In this document: piece by piece, positions 49,650 through 62,322 of the stretch
How the letters are laid out: each line of letters starts with the position of its first letter
Position numbering within the stretch: the first letter of the stretch is position 1
Assembly (NCBI GenBank): GCA_002633005.1
Contig: NMRA01000601.1
Span: 46,388-110,387 of the forward strand
Direction: 5' to 3'
DNA: 64,000 nt
Source of the DNA: Phoronis australis
Taxonomy: Eukaryota; Animalia; Phoronida
Made by a program: the position numbers and the translations under genes
The notes under the pieces: generated by a model
The model's input: the letters and a program-made list of their open reading frames with translations, nothing else
Databases searched by the model: none
Told to the model about the DNA's origin: nothing

Positions 49650-51323
49650 AGGAGCATGCCACCCAAAAAACAATCTAATTAGTATCAATTTAGATCGAGT
49701 AGTTCTAAACGTACGGTTGCGTTACCTGACACCTGACGGCAGCCGGAGGTGTTGAAATTATCCAATGACGTAATTGGTTTCACACGCAGTCTGTTCAGCA
49801 GTTCAGAACACGGGTTACTGGTGTAAGAACCTTATCGCTTGAATTCATCGTTTAACACCAATAAATCATCAAATTTCGATGTAAAACCCTTAGAAATACA
49901 CCGAGTTCTTACAAAAACGTGTTGTTTTATTTCGCTGTTACGGATTTATTGGTATTTAGACACACCGTAGCTTCCAAAGTTCGGCGGGCCAATAAGGTCC
50001 GTAGCAGGAGTTTGGTCTGTTCGGAGACAAATTCGAAGTATTTTCCGTGAGATACAGACAGGAGAACCCAGATCTGTGTTGTTTAGACTTGTGATTTTTT
50101 GAGTTCTAAACACACAAAACGCTTGTTATCCTGGCCAGTGGCTCGGAGCCCGATCAGGCCCGTCGCAGCCGGCTGGATTGACTGTTATCCCGGACAGTGG
50201 CTCGGAAACTGATCATACATCACGAACCTAAACCAGCCAAAGTTGGAAACTAAACTTCCAGTCAAGAAAATACTATACTAGTGAGCCAAAGTAATGCGCA
50301 CGTGATTATGTTGGCGAATTACCCACGAAACTGCAAATCAACTTACTCGTCGGGAGCCGCGAATTTAGGTTCCTCTTTGGCCACAGCACCGTCAGGGCAG
50401 AAGTTGTACATTGACAATCATTATTTTAGTAATGTAAATGTAAATAAAGACTCCCCTAACACCAAGCGGTAGAAATCGACTGAGTTGTTTCACAACAGTT
50501 TCTGCCAGCAAACACTAAATTAGCATGAGCTCACACGGCCTCGGTGTCTCGTCAATTAGTTTTATTGCACCTAAAGCCAGTAACGCAGTGATTTACTCAT
50601 TGCTGGCTTCTCAAGTCATTTGCACTCTCTGGCAAACACTCCAAAGGCATTACAAATTGCATCTAATGAGGTAGACTTTGTTTCAGTTTTATTCAAGTAT
50701 TGGTTAGAGTGAGAATAATTCATTTTGAAACAGAACGCTCAGTAATAAACATCAACATGGCAACTCAAAATCCCGACTTAGACGAGAGCTACGAAGACTT
50801 CGCAGGTGGATCGTTAAGTTTCACAGGCAATCAATTCAAACAGGAATACAGTGATGAAGAAATACTAGAGAGGCGAGGTGAACAAGCTCTGACAACGGAA
50901 CGTATGGATTGGATAGTTACTTGGCAAAGCCGGCATTCGTCAGGCACTGTCGACGACTGCAGGCCACAGACACGGAGATGTTTCACGGCCTCATACTTGC
51001 TATTTGCAGCGTACTTTTCATTCTTCACTACCACGAGACACTTCCTAAGCATTTCGGTCTCTCGGGGAAGTCGAAAAAAAAAAACGATGTACCCGCTTTC
51101 CTCGCTGCTGCATAGTTCGGACAAGCGGGAACGATGCACCGCAACGTAGCGGCATTCACTCTGCAGATGAACCACTGACGTCGCTAGCGTCGTTTCTCAC
51201 CTTCCTCACATGTTAACGCGACACCTCTTGGCAAAGGTAAGGTCGACCGTATGCGAGGCGATGTGGATATATAGACCGATTAAGACGGCAAAAAAGACTA
51301 ATTAAATCGGGTGGCATTCTCCT
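49650..51323 (-). mobile_element. Non-autonomous Kolobok-like DNA transposon, copy 2, inverted relative to copy 1
   Basis: TTAA|AGGAGCATGCCACCC ... GGGTGGCATTCTCCT|TTAA. It is the reverse complement of copy 1 along its length, with many substitutions and indels. ORFs 50700-51149 and 50831-51175 carry the same remnants. Confidence 0.8.
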
Positions 51324-54094
51324 TTAAATCATCAAAGCCTGTAAAGAAAATTACTACTAGTTTTGTATCCATACACCACCTTCACAAAAACTTATTATTT
51401 TGTAAAATCATTAATATTGGATGTAGAAAAATTGATATCATCTCAAACACTGTTTTTGTGTTGTTTTTGTATATTTTAACGAAAAGGCTTTAATTATTTT
51501 ATAAAAATTCATTCATAGTATGTACAGAATATTAGGCTGGGTGTTGAGTCCCAATGTTTACTATTACTACTAGTAGTGACGCGTCACTGATACGTCTTAC
51601 TTTTTTAGTTCTTTAAAAACAAACAATAACAGGTAATCACTTTCTCATAAAAACAACTTGCAGCATGCCCCGTCTTCACTGAGCATTTGACACAAAGAAA
51701 AAATATAAAAAATGGCCAGCACTGCCTCGCATTAAAACACAACCTACACAATAGCCTGTCTCCACTGAGCAAGACTATATTACCTACTGGTACATTTTCA
51801 CTGATCAAGCAAATAGAACCTACAAGGACTCAACAACTGTTGGCACACGGCATTGTGAAAGTCACTCCAAGGTCACAGCCATCCAGTCCTCGTCACTCAC
51901 AGCATTTCCCTCGTTTATTTGGATAAACAGTCTGTCGTTTACAACATTTTTTGACTGTACATGCTATTCTAACGCAGAAGCCACCGTTGTACTTTTGCAG
52001 GTGCTACACTCCACAGATGTGGATTATGATTCATTTAATTAATACGAGTGTGAATGTAAACATGTCCCTTATTCGTCAAATTTAAAGTAAGATGGCTGAC
52101 GATGACCTGATAGGCTAGTCAGATGTCGGGTCAGTTGAGCGTAAAATGATTGACATCGAAAGATACGTCATCGCTGACCAAACAACTCCTTACTTAACTT
52201 GGCAAATTTGGGAATTACCGTTCGATTCATCTCTGACAGGCTTTGATGAATCGTAACGTGTCAGAAAAGACCAGTCATAATGTGAAATTAGAGGCGTTCC
52301 CATACTGTATTGCTGTAGCTAGAGACCAGGAGAGTTATATTCATGATTGATCGAGCATGAGTATCGCTATCGGAAAACTTGCTACATTAACGGGTTTATT
52401 TGGAATGTTTTTTGTGTTATATCTTCTTTATTGGACCGAAATACTCAGCATAGGTAAGTGATAAGAGAGTTCACGTGGCCTTGTATGAACATCTAGGATC
52501 ACTGCGCATTCATCACCGTCCTCTTCGTCATCGTCACCAGCTTCGTCCAGCGTCAGAAGACGGGGGCACCAATGGCGCGCACGCACGTCGGATGTCGTTA
52601 AGGGGGGGGGGGGGGGNNNNNNNNNNNNNNNNNNNNNNNNNNNNNNNNNGAGAGGTTCACACCTTCCAAAGCGCAAACGTACGCGACAGTGTAAATGACG
52701 CAGTCGCGAAATTGTGGCCTTCTGGTGTCTCCCCAAAAATTCACTACTCGTACTTGAAATTTTGATAGGAATTTGCTTTTTTTGACGATCCTATCAACCT
52801 ATTGTCAGATCATGATTTACTTATCCCCAAACTTATTTGAAACCCAGTGTAACCGTTTTTCGTGCAAATTTGGTCAATAAATTTTCGCGCTTCAAAAACT
52901 AAAAGCGGCCAGCATTTGACAAGGATATCAAACTAACGTTGATATCGAAAATGTGATAATTCTACCATTAAAATTTATTCTACCATAAATTTTAGCTTAG
53001 TCACGGTGAATGAAATTTAAAAGTACAAAATCCTCTTTTGTAAATTCAACGCTATTTAATGAATTCAACCGTATTTAAAATAAATATCAGACCTATTATG
53101 TAAATTTTAAGCACCTCAATCCTATTTAAAAACGAATCATTCCTATTTTGAAAATCCGATTGTATGAATTCTTTTCTGTACAGAGGTTAGTCATATTTTA
53201 TGATTGCCAGCGTTGAATGAAACACATCTAAGTTACAGCGGATTTGTGTTTTATCTTACGGTCATTTCTCTAACAATTCGTACACTCTAATAATCCGAAC
53301 ACCATCCTTGAAACACGGTATTTCTCTCTAATAGTTCGTACAGTAGTTGTCCTAGGGAAAAATAGTTCTTACACATATTTGCGCCGTAAAAGTGATTCGT
53401 ACAGGAAGCGCCAACTATTCGGGTAATCGGCTACAGTGGTTTGCTGTCCGTCTAAAGTAGAAACGAGCTCTAATAATGCATTCTTGCCGAGTACGCGAAA
53501 TTTTCGTCGAAAGTTGGTGTTGCTGCAATCAACAGGGTCAGCGCTAGACATAACGAGCTGATGGTCACAGTTGCAACTAAACGGGTGATTAGCGAACTTT
53601 TTTCTTCTCTTCGTACATATCTCCGCCAATTTTCACATCCCGGGTCGTCCGTCGACAACGTCGTACATTTTTCAGACTCGATTAAAAAGAATGTTGTTCC
53701 GGCTAAAGCGGGCCAGTTAAAAACAAAATTATCCCGGGTGACTAAAAAGGGTAGTTGGAAACGATATCCATACAGTCACGTCTAATCCGTTTGCCGCACA
53801 AAACCGTATTCTATTAACATTTCAAACTATTGCAGTCTTTCAATTTCTTATTACCACTAACATTCGGGCTAACGACTGATGCTCACGGACGCGCCTACTA
53901 CATACGCCTTTGAAAGTTTTCGAAATAAGCGCTCATTGTTCAACTAAGCGTCCCCTTAACTTTTCGTTCCTTTTCGTTTAGTTCTGATCGACCCTGAGAA
54001 AATTCATGCTTGAGGGTACAGTTATCAAAAAGGTATATTCTAAAGAATCACCAGTGACATTAGTGAAACCTGCTCTCCACAGTATAGCCCCGTT

Positions 54095-54230
54095 TACATG
54101 CAGCATTTTTACACCCGTGTGTAAATACGCAAATGTACGTCCGGGTGTAAATGTAAATTTATATCGCGTTCGTATGGGGAAAAAGACAAGTAATATTTGT
54201 GCTCAGCACTTTAAAAATTTCGCATCGAAG
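54095..54230 (+). pseudogene. Possible internally deleted THAP zinc-finger remnant interrupted by a MITE
   Basis: CSIFTPVC...VNLYRV...NICAQHF resembles the THAP C..C...CxxHF pattern, but the P/W core is missing. Confidence 0.3.
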
Positions 54231-54921
54231 CATAGGCGGATTTAGGGGGGGGGGAGGGCCCAGGGGGCCCGGCCACACCCCTTGGCTGCCGCAAAAAAGT
54301 AAAACAGCAAGAGAGTAGAGAAATGTTGAGTTTATCAATTAACCCCGGTTTAATCGAAGCCTTAGTGAATCTCTCAGAAAACTCATAATTCTCTCTTTGT
54401 CAAACCTTAACTTTAGACGATTTCCAAAGTAATCCCGTCATTATTGCCAACACAAAAAACGGATTTGGTCTTTTGTGCAAGTGAAGACTACTTTAAATAC
54501 AACAAATTTGTTACGAACCGATTGAACAAAATATAAAAAATGTAATAACCATTACAAAAAGAAATAGCTTTCTCGCGCAAACGCTGTGGACCATAAACAA
54601 GTAGGTCTTTTAGTATTAAAATGGAAGCCAAATCGTGGTGGTGTAGTGGTAAAGCACGTGAGCTCAATCCACCAGGTAGTGAGTTCGATTCTGTGGTATT
54701 TTCAGTTTTCGCTGTTTGACACGTTCTCCGTGTTTTTTGTTTTTTTTTGCCTTTTTTTTCTTGGATATTACTTCAGGAATCAAGGAAAATGCTTGATTTT
54801 TAGAGGAAAAAATAGAAAAATTTCCTGGGCGGGAGGGGGGTTTGCCCCCCATTCGTGGTTTGCGCAAATGCTTACAGACAAAATGTTGGGCCCCCCTTGT
54901 GATATCCTAGATCCGCCACTG
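54231..54921. mobile_element. 691-bp MITE (CAGTGGCGGAT family) with 5-bp TSD CGAAG, containing a tRNA/SINE-head-like fragment
   Basis: CATAGGCGGATTTAGG ... CCTAGATCCGCCACTG, flanked by CGAAG/CGAAG. A-box-like TGGTGTAGTGG (~54639) and B-box-like GTTCGATTC (~54683). Confidence 0.7.
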
Positions 54922-55182
54922 CGAAGTCAACACAGGTAATGTTTGCTAGAGAATATTCTAGAACAATTGCCTTCAATCTGGGTAGGTCTGAGGCCTAGGT
55001 ATCGATCCCCGAGTATTACTCTTGGAACTATCTCGCAAGCGGCATGTATGGTATTAATTAAGAACGATTGACGGACTAGCCGCAAAACATATTTAACTAA
55101 TAAAAAAACTAAGACGAAGTGTGGTTTGAAAATAACGGTGGATGTAAAAGGACAGCACGGCAACTTTTTTCTCCGTTGCCAA

Positions 55183-55479
55183 CTTTATCGATGGACTTAC
55201 TAGCTCTATCGATAGACTTATTAACTCTATCGATAGACTTACTATCTCTATCGATAGACTTATTAACTCTATCGATAGACTTACTAACACTATCGATAGA
55301 CTTACTAACTATATCGATAGACCTATTAACTCTATCGATAGACTCACTATCTCTATCGATATATCTCTATCGATAGACTTATTAACTCTATCGATAGACT
55401 TACTATCTCTATCGATAGACTTATTAACTCTATCGATAGACTTACTATCTCTATCGATAGATTTAGTAACTCTATCGAT
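55183..55479. repeat. 21-bp minisatellite, ~15 cores (CTCTATCGATAGACTTA[TTAA/CTAT])
   Basis: The consensus unit carries the 12-bp palindrome TCTATCGATAGA. Spacers partly alternate, giving a 42-bp higher-order unit; one unit is shortened at ~55351. Confidence 0.95.
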
Positions 55480-55654
55480 GTGTTTAGGACTAATGCGATG
55501 TTTCATGACCCACAATGCTTCACTCTTTGTTTATACTGTCAGCTGCTATTAATCATGGCAACCAACATGTTTATATAGTGTACATAATTAATACAAACGG
55601 GGTTTTTAAACAATGACTTGATTCAACGTTGGACGCAAAGATTTATTTTCCACA

Positions 55655-57319
55655 CAAATACATCAGGGAAAGCCCTGTCGTCAATTATTCAAACAAGAAA
55701 GTCGTCTAACCTTGCTACATTTGTGACTTTTCTGGACATGAAAAAAGCTTTTGACTGGACAAACTATGAACTTCAGTTTTATAAATTACTGCAAGATAAT
55801 ACTAATGGTAGAATGTACGATGCAATTCGTATGTCCGTTGCACTGTATACGATTAAATGGCACTCTGTATATTGGTTGGTTCACTCCTGAAAATGGTGTC
55901 CGCCAGGGGGACATTTATCAGCGACACTCTTTGCATTATATATAAATGACTTAGCTCTGGATATTAAAAAACTGGGTAAAGGTTCCAATGTGGCCCGAGC
56001 AATATTTCAGTGCTTCTTTATACCGCCGATATTGCACTTTTGTCTGAGAATGAAAATGACATGCAAGATATGTTGAAGGTTTCAAACAACTGGTGTAAAA
56101 AGTGGAGAATGGTTGTGAACATGGCAAAAACTAATGTTATCCATTTTCGAGCTAAGTCTATGCTTATTTAGAAGCAATTTTGAATTTATTGCGAAGTGTG
56201 CCATCAGTTATAAATCCTCATACAAATATTTAGGCTTTATTCTGGATCAACAACTTGACTTCAAAGAAAATTTGAATACGTCATCTGAAGCTTCTGGTAG
56301 AGCGTTAGAGAAGATATGCTCAACATTCCGTGATAACACGAATCTATAGGATTCGGAGGTTTAAAACATTATTTAATTCCTGTGTGGCACCAATTTTAGA
56401 TTACGGGTCATCTGTTTGGGGTTACAAAAATTTTGGTAATGAAAATATTCAAAACAGAGCTATGTGTTTTTATTTAGGGGTCAACCGATTTACAGCCACT
56501 CATGCTGTTAGGGGCGATATGGGTGGGACTCCACCGGAAATAGATTTAACTTGAATATGCTGCGTCTTTGGAACAAAATAGTATCCACAGGTGCACGGTG
56601 ATAGGTTACTGAAGAAGGTATTTCTATGGGAGTACTCTCTTGGCAGAAAGGGATGGATAGACGGAATCAAAAATTTGTTTAACATAACTGGCATCAAGGC
56701 AACTATGTTTTCAAAATTTGACTACTTGTAACACAGTAAACGCTAGAAACAAACTATTTGAATACGCGAAACATGCTTGGGCTGAGTCTGTTGTAACAAA
56801 ACCCAAGTTAAGAACCTACATTTTATTTAAGCACGAGTTTGTAACTGGTGAGCCTTATGTAAAGATTAATTTTATCTCGTTCCGAGCGATCTCTTCTGGC
56901 TCAGCTTAGAGCAGGAAATCTCCAATTGCACTTGGAAACTGGTCGTTATGTAAACACTCCTGTAAGTGAAAGACTTTGCTTGTGTTGTGATTCTGGTTCT
57001 GTAGAGGATGAGCTACATTTTGTGTTTGATTGTTCTCTTTATAACTCATGGAGGGCTATTCTGTTTAATAATGTTTCACTTCAAATCCCGAACTTTGCAG
57101 ATTTCAGAAGATTAGATACGTTAAAACTGCTATTTCAGTAATTGAACTTAGAGACCGACGCATTTATGGTAGACCTACATCTGAGTTCATTGTGTGTGGT
57201 TAAAGTGACTAATAAGCCCAACAGGGCTGGGTACTTATCTTTCTTACGAATATTATACCAATAACTGTTTGAAGTAATTGTACTTGTCTTTATAATAAAT
57301 AAATACTACTACTACTACT
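55655..57319 (+). mobile_element. 5'-truncated, decayed non-LTR retrotransposon (RTE-X/Proto2-like ORF2) with a (TAC)n tail
   Basis: Frameshifted RT motifs FLDMKKAFD, GVRQGD, YINDL, YKYLG, LDYGSSVWG; C-terminal LETGRY..RLC..C..VEDELHF..DC..Y; AATAAATAAA then TACTACTACTACTACT. The clade is tentative. Confidence 0.85.
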
Positions 57320-58949
57320 TCACTTTCTGGTTCATGATCTCTCGTGACCTGTGGCTAATTTTACACCGTCCATGTGACGTCAGCCGCAGCGGAATGTAGG
57401 TCAAGGTGCTCGGTCAAGATTCTCCTTTCTGCGTGCTTCAGTAGCAGTCAGCTGGCTGGTTCCCTACGTGCCTCGCCAGCACGCAGGTATCACGCCGTGG
57501 CACGCCGATGTAACCTCAGCAGTCATTGGTTAGCTTTACAACACCGTGAAAAAAATGGCGGACTGAACGATTTTTAGCCTTGTCATGCAAGTGGGGGCGC
57601 AGCCGTGAACAGTATTTCGTTTCTGCAGTGATGTTTAATAGACGCGTGCTTGAAGCACAGTGTATAATAAACACATTATCTGGCCGATTTAACCGGTGTG
57701 TTATTCATACAGTATGAATACAGGACAGTATCGTAAACAAAAGTCATCGACAGTAGAAACATGCACTCCGAAAATGCGCAACCATTCACATTTCCTGAAC
57801 ATAAATTTTAACGGCACCGATTTGTCTGTACAACAGACCACATATACACAGTTTGTTTGCTTAAAGCGCTGCCTGTTGAGAACTCGACTAGCCAATCAGA
57901 AATGCCGGTGTAAAAACTTATCCCTAGGAAAATCAATACCAGCGTTCTGGCTACTGACCACATAGCGGCACGCAGGGAACCAGCGAGAGCAGTCAGCCGA
58001 GCGCCCATTAGCGATAACTAAATGAGAAACCATGTGATTGATGGGAAGGGCCATCTGTTTCTGGTAAAGGTTTTGGATGTGCGGGTACCTTTTGCGATGT
58101 ACACACGAGTAACTCATTTTGGTTTTAACAGCTAGCCATTATCCCGTCACGGTGACGCACAATCCCTTTTTTGGTTAGGGAGGTGCCGTTGGAGATCTAA
58201 ATCAGTTGGCGAACATTTTATACCTTGCAATTCTATGCTTTAAAAGTTCGTTCTGGGTTTGTCAGTTTCTGGGTAAACAAGATACACCTGAGATAGTTTT
58301 CAAAGTTCGTCATTGCCAATACGCTTGCAATATTGTCTAAAATTATGGTCCTTAGATCACTACACTGTTAATTTCAAGTTTGACAGTATCGTTGGATTTT
58401 GCTGTGGCTCAGGAACTCATATGTAGGCACCGAACAGACTGCTGAACTGTTGAAATTATTATTTTTTTAGTTGAGTAGACAAGCTTTTGTAATGTATAAG
58501 TTGATTTGTTGTGTTGCGTATCGTTTAATTCAAAGTAAATATTGAGTGTGGCAGTAACTGTAACAGGGATTTTTAAATCTTTTAAAAAAGACGTACTTTT
58601 TGTTTCAACAAAATTTAAATTGACATATATTATTTCTTGTGTAATAACATGTACGTACAAATGATGATGTGGTAACTATAAGCAAGATACACGTACGTGT
58701 GAGACGGTTCTTAAAAATCAACGATTCGTTACTTTCAGAAGGTTACACGTATCGACAATAGCTTCCATTTTTGAAGTGTCATGTTTCAACCGCATGTCTA
58801 TGAAAGATGCAATCAGGTTGTGTGCAGCTGCCAGTGCGACATTATTGATAATTTATGAGACTTATTGAGTGATTAGATGTTGCTGGATTTAAGAGTTTTA
58901 TTTTTACTAAATAAATATTCAGTAAATACTCTTGACATTACACGGCAAA

Positions 58950-61704
58950 TATTCAAATCTGGTATCAAACAAAAAGTGAAGCAATTACGTGAACAAGAAT
59001 GTCCACAAACTTATAGACGAGACTGGACGAAGCTTGATGAACCAAAAAGCTATACTGCGTGCAATCGAAAAATTCTATGCAAATTTATATGCAGCCAAAG
59101 AAAATGACTCTCTCCAATATGAGTTGGAGGACTTGATGACCCCTGAAAATATGTCGAAACTGGACGCCGACCTGAAAGAAAACCTAGAAGGACCAATGAG
59201 ATATACTGAAGCTGCGACTGTCCTTAAATGTATGAAAAATAACAAAACACCGGGGACTGATGGTTTTCTTGTAGAGTTTTACAATTTTTTTTGGAAAAAA
59301 TTGTCGCCATTTTTGATCAAATCTTTTAATTACAGTTTTCGAACCGGCCGTCTCCCTATCACTATGCGTCAAGGTGTCATTACTTTGATTCCTAAGGGCA
59401 AGAAACCACGTGAATACATTAAAAATTGGAGACCAATCTCCTTACTAAATTCAAGTTATAAACTATTATCAGCATGTATTGCACAAAGGATAAAATCTAT
59501 TTTAAATAAGTTAATTCATCCTAATCAAACTGGGTTTCTCCCAGGTCGCTTTATGGAGGAGAACACCAGAGTGATTTATGACATCTTACAATATACTCAA
59601 CTTAAGTATATTCCCGGACTTTTGATATTAATTGATTTTGAAAAAGCCTTTGATTCTGTGTCCTGGAGATTTCTTAAGAAAGTTCTACACTATTTCAATT
59701 TTGGTGACGATATTATTCGTTGGTTCACAATACTCAATGAAAGTATCCAACTTTCGGTCATTCAGTATGGCTTTACGTCCAACTACTTTAACATTTGCCG
59801 AGGTTGCAGACAAGGGGATACCCTTTCACCTTATCTTTTTTGTTGTGTGCCGAAATTATGGCATCTATGTTGAGGCAATGCGAGAATGTTAAAGGCATAA
59901 AAGTAGGCTCTTTAGAGTAAAAATTAATGCAATATGCAGACGACACGGTCCTCTTTCTAGATGGTTCAGAAACCTCTTTAAAATCTTCACTTAACCTTCT
60001 TGATCAGTTTGCTAAGTATTCTGGTTTGACACCCAATATAGATAAAACTGTTTGTATATGGATTGGTTCTAAGATATGTTGTGGTGATAGGCTTTGCTGT
60101 GAAAAAAGATTTAAAATTGGAAAGTTCCCAATTCACATCTCTTGGAATTACCTTCTCTGTCAACTTATAGGACATGATTCACTTAAACTACGATGTAAAA
60201 TTAAACGAGGTTAGAAAAGGCATTGGAGATTGGTCAAAAAGAAATTTGTCTACCTTTGGTAAGATAACGGTTGTCAAATCTTTTTTATTACCAAAACTGA
60301 TTCACCTCTTTTACACACTTCCTCTTCCAAGTGCTACTTTTTTAAAGACATTGAAAAAATATTCTTTAATTTTATATGGGGTACCTCTTCTGATAGAATC
60401 TCTAGAAAAACCATGGTGCAGAAATCTTAAGTTGGAGGTGGGAATATGGTCCATATTGCGTCATTTGTCAAAGCTATTAAACTGACTTAGATTCGAAGAT
60501 TCTTCAAAAATTATTATAACAATACTTCTCTTTGGCTAAATATTTTATGTGAAATTATTCCTAATATAAAAAATGACTCTTTTCAGTTAGGTTCTTGTTT
60601 TTTCCTTGAAGTATCTAACCGTACTAAGAATATTTTTGGAAGGACATTTTTTATATCTTATACGAATTTATCAATCTTTGTGAGATAGATGATCCTTTGT
60701 ACCAACCTTTGTGGTATAACCCCAAAATTTGTATAGACAGTAATCCAATTTTTGGAACGAGTGGTTTCAAAAGGGTATACGGTACGTATACGATTTAATT
60801 GACCCTGATAAGGGATATATTTATGATTATCATACCTTTTGTACACGTTTTCAGTTTTGTCCTTGTATTACACATTTTTAAGGAATTCGAAGTTCAATAC
60901 TTCGTTCTTGGAATCATCTAGGAGACAAGAGTACTATAGTCTCTCCACTTTTTCCAGAACATATTTTTCGAATCTCCTCGGAAAATAAAGGGACTGGGAA
61001 AATCTATGAATTATTCATTTCTAAATTGTATGTTAAACCTGTCGCAGAATTGAAGTGGGAGAGAGAAATTAACTTATGCGATGATACTCAATCTTGGAAA
61101 AAACTTCATTCTGTAATTTATCATTGTACTTCCGATGTCAGACTCAGATGGTTTCAATTCCGTATCAACCACAAACTTATTGGTACAAACTCTTATTTAA
61201 AGAAAATAGGTGTTAGTGAATCGTCTTTATGCTCTTTCTGTGAGCAACATGAAGAAACAATTCTACATTTGTATTGGGAATGTTCACTTGTTCAGAAGTT
61301 TTGGGGATGTTTAAGAACATTGGATGATAAATCAGTGCAATTTCCCTCTGCAGTTAAATATGTCTTCCGCCTTGTTTGGAGACCCAGCCTTGTAGATCAG
61401 AAGTTGTAAATTTTAATTCTTTGCTTAGCGAAATTTCATTTATATAGACAAAGACTACAAAAGGCTAAGCCCAATTTTCAGTCATTTTTTCGTGAGGTAT
61501 GTGATTACTACAACCTGGAAAAAATTATTTACAATGATAAATTGGATCTTGAGAGATTCCAGGCAAGGTGGTCTTTTTTGCCTATAGCTTTTATAGGGTC
61601 CGATAATGTTCGTAATTTGTGTGACGTACACTAAACTAGATGTCATATTGCCGCACAACTATGTACTGATTGGTTGAGTTAATAAATGTCTCTACTAAAA
61701 AAAA
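58950..61704 (+). mobile_element. 5'-truncated, decayed L1/Tx1-clade LINE ORF2
   Basis: KTPGTDG, NWRPISLLN, QTGF..GR, IDFEKAFDSV, RGCRQGD.LSP, QYADDT and C-terminal CSFC...ETILHLYWEC; several frameshifts and stops; AATAAA at 61681 followed by an A8 tail. Confidence 0.9.
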
Positions 61705-61958
61705 GTGAAGCATCGGAACTAACTGTTTTAATTCGTCATGAGCAATTATTTATTATAGGACTTCAAGGGAAAACGGAATAAAACACACTGAATAAGTGAC
61801 AATAGACAAATTAAAATTAAATTAAAAGGCTCTGGTGATAGCAACTCGTCATGAGAGAAGGGTATTGTCACTCGGATATGACTTTTGTTAGGCTCACTTT
61901 TTAAAAATATATCCTCCGAACTAGCCGTTTACAACGCCTGGCTTCAACTCCAGACTCC

Positions 61959-62098
61959 CGTTCAGTAAGGCTAGGACCTCGCTAAAAAGAAAGACTTAGT
62001 GAGATTACGCGAGATATTGCCGTGTATTTCAAATGAGAGCACGTGACTTTAGTTAGATTTTAGCTAGGTCCTAGCGTAGGTCCTAACGTTACTGAACG
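61959..62098. mobile_element. Small MITE-like element; its core is shared with 31325-31385
   Basis: CGTTCAGTAAG ... GTTACTGAACG. The internal GAGATT.CGCGAGATATTGCC.TGTATTT..AATGAGAGCACGTGA also occurs in the myophilin B1-C1 intron. Confidence 0.5.
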
Positions 62099-62272
62099 CA
62101 CGCCAGTATTACTCCTTTTGCGAGTTCATAACAATAAACGCGAGATTATGTGAGACTTAACTGTGACGTCAACGGAAGTGGGGCAAAAGCTTATCGTTTG
62201 GCCATTTGCCCGATACGGTAGCAGAGTGTACTCTGTTGTTTACTTCGAGTATTTAATCTTTTAGTGTGAAAA

Positions 62273-62322
62273 ATGCCAAACAAGCATTGCTGTTATGGCA
62301 AATGAAATTAGATTCGCACTAC
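62273..62322 (+). pseudogene. THAP-domain N-terminal remnant of a DNA transposon
   Basis: ATG CCA AAC AAG CAT TGC TGT TAT GGC AAA TGA ... GAT TCG CAC TAC reads MPNKHCCYGK*..DSHY, resembling the 'KHCC.G.C.SDSRY' start of invertebrate transposon THAP domains; disrupted by a stop. Confidence 0.45.

Noticed and set aside
55093-55515. Leucine-zipper-like (LSIDLLT)n ORFs
   Set aside because: Artefact of the 21-bp minisatellite.
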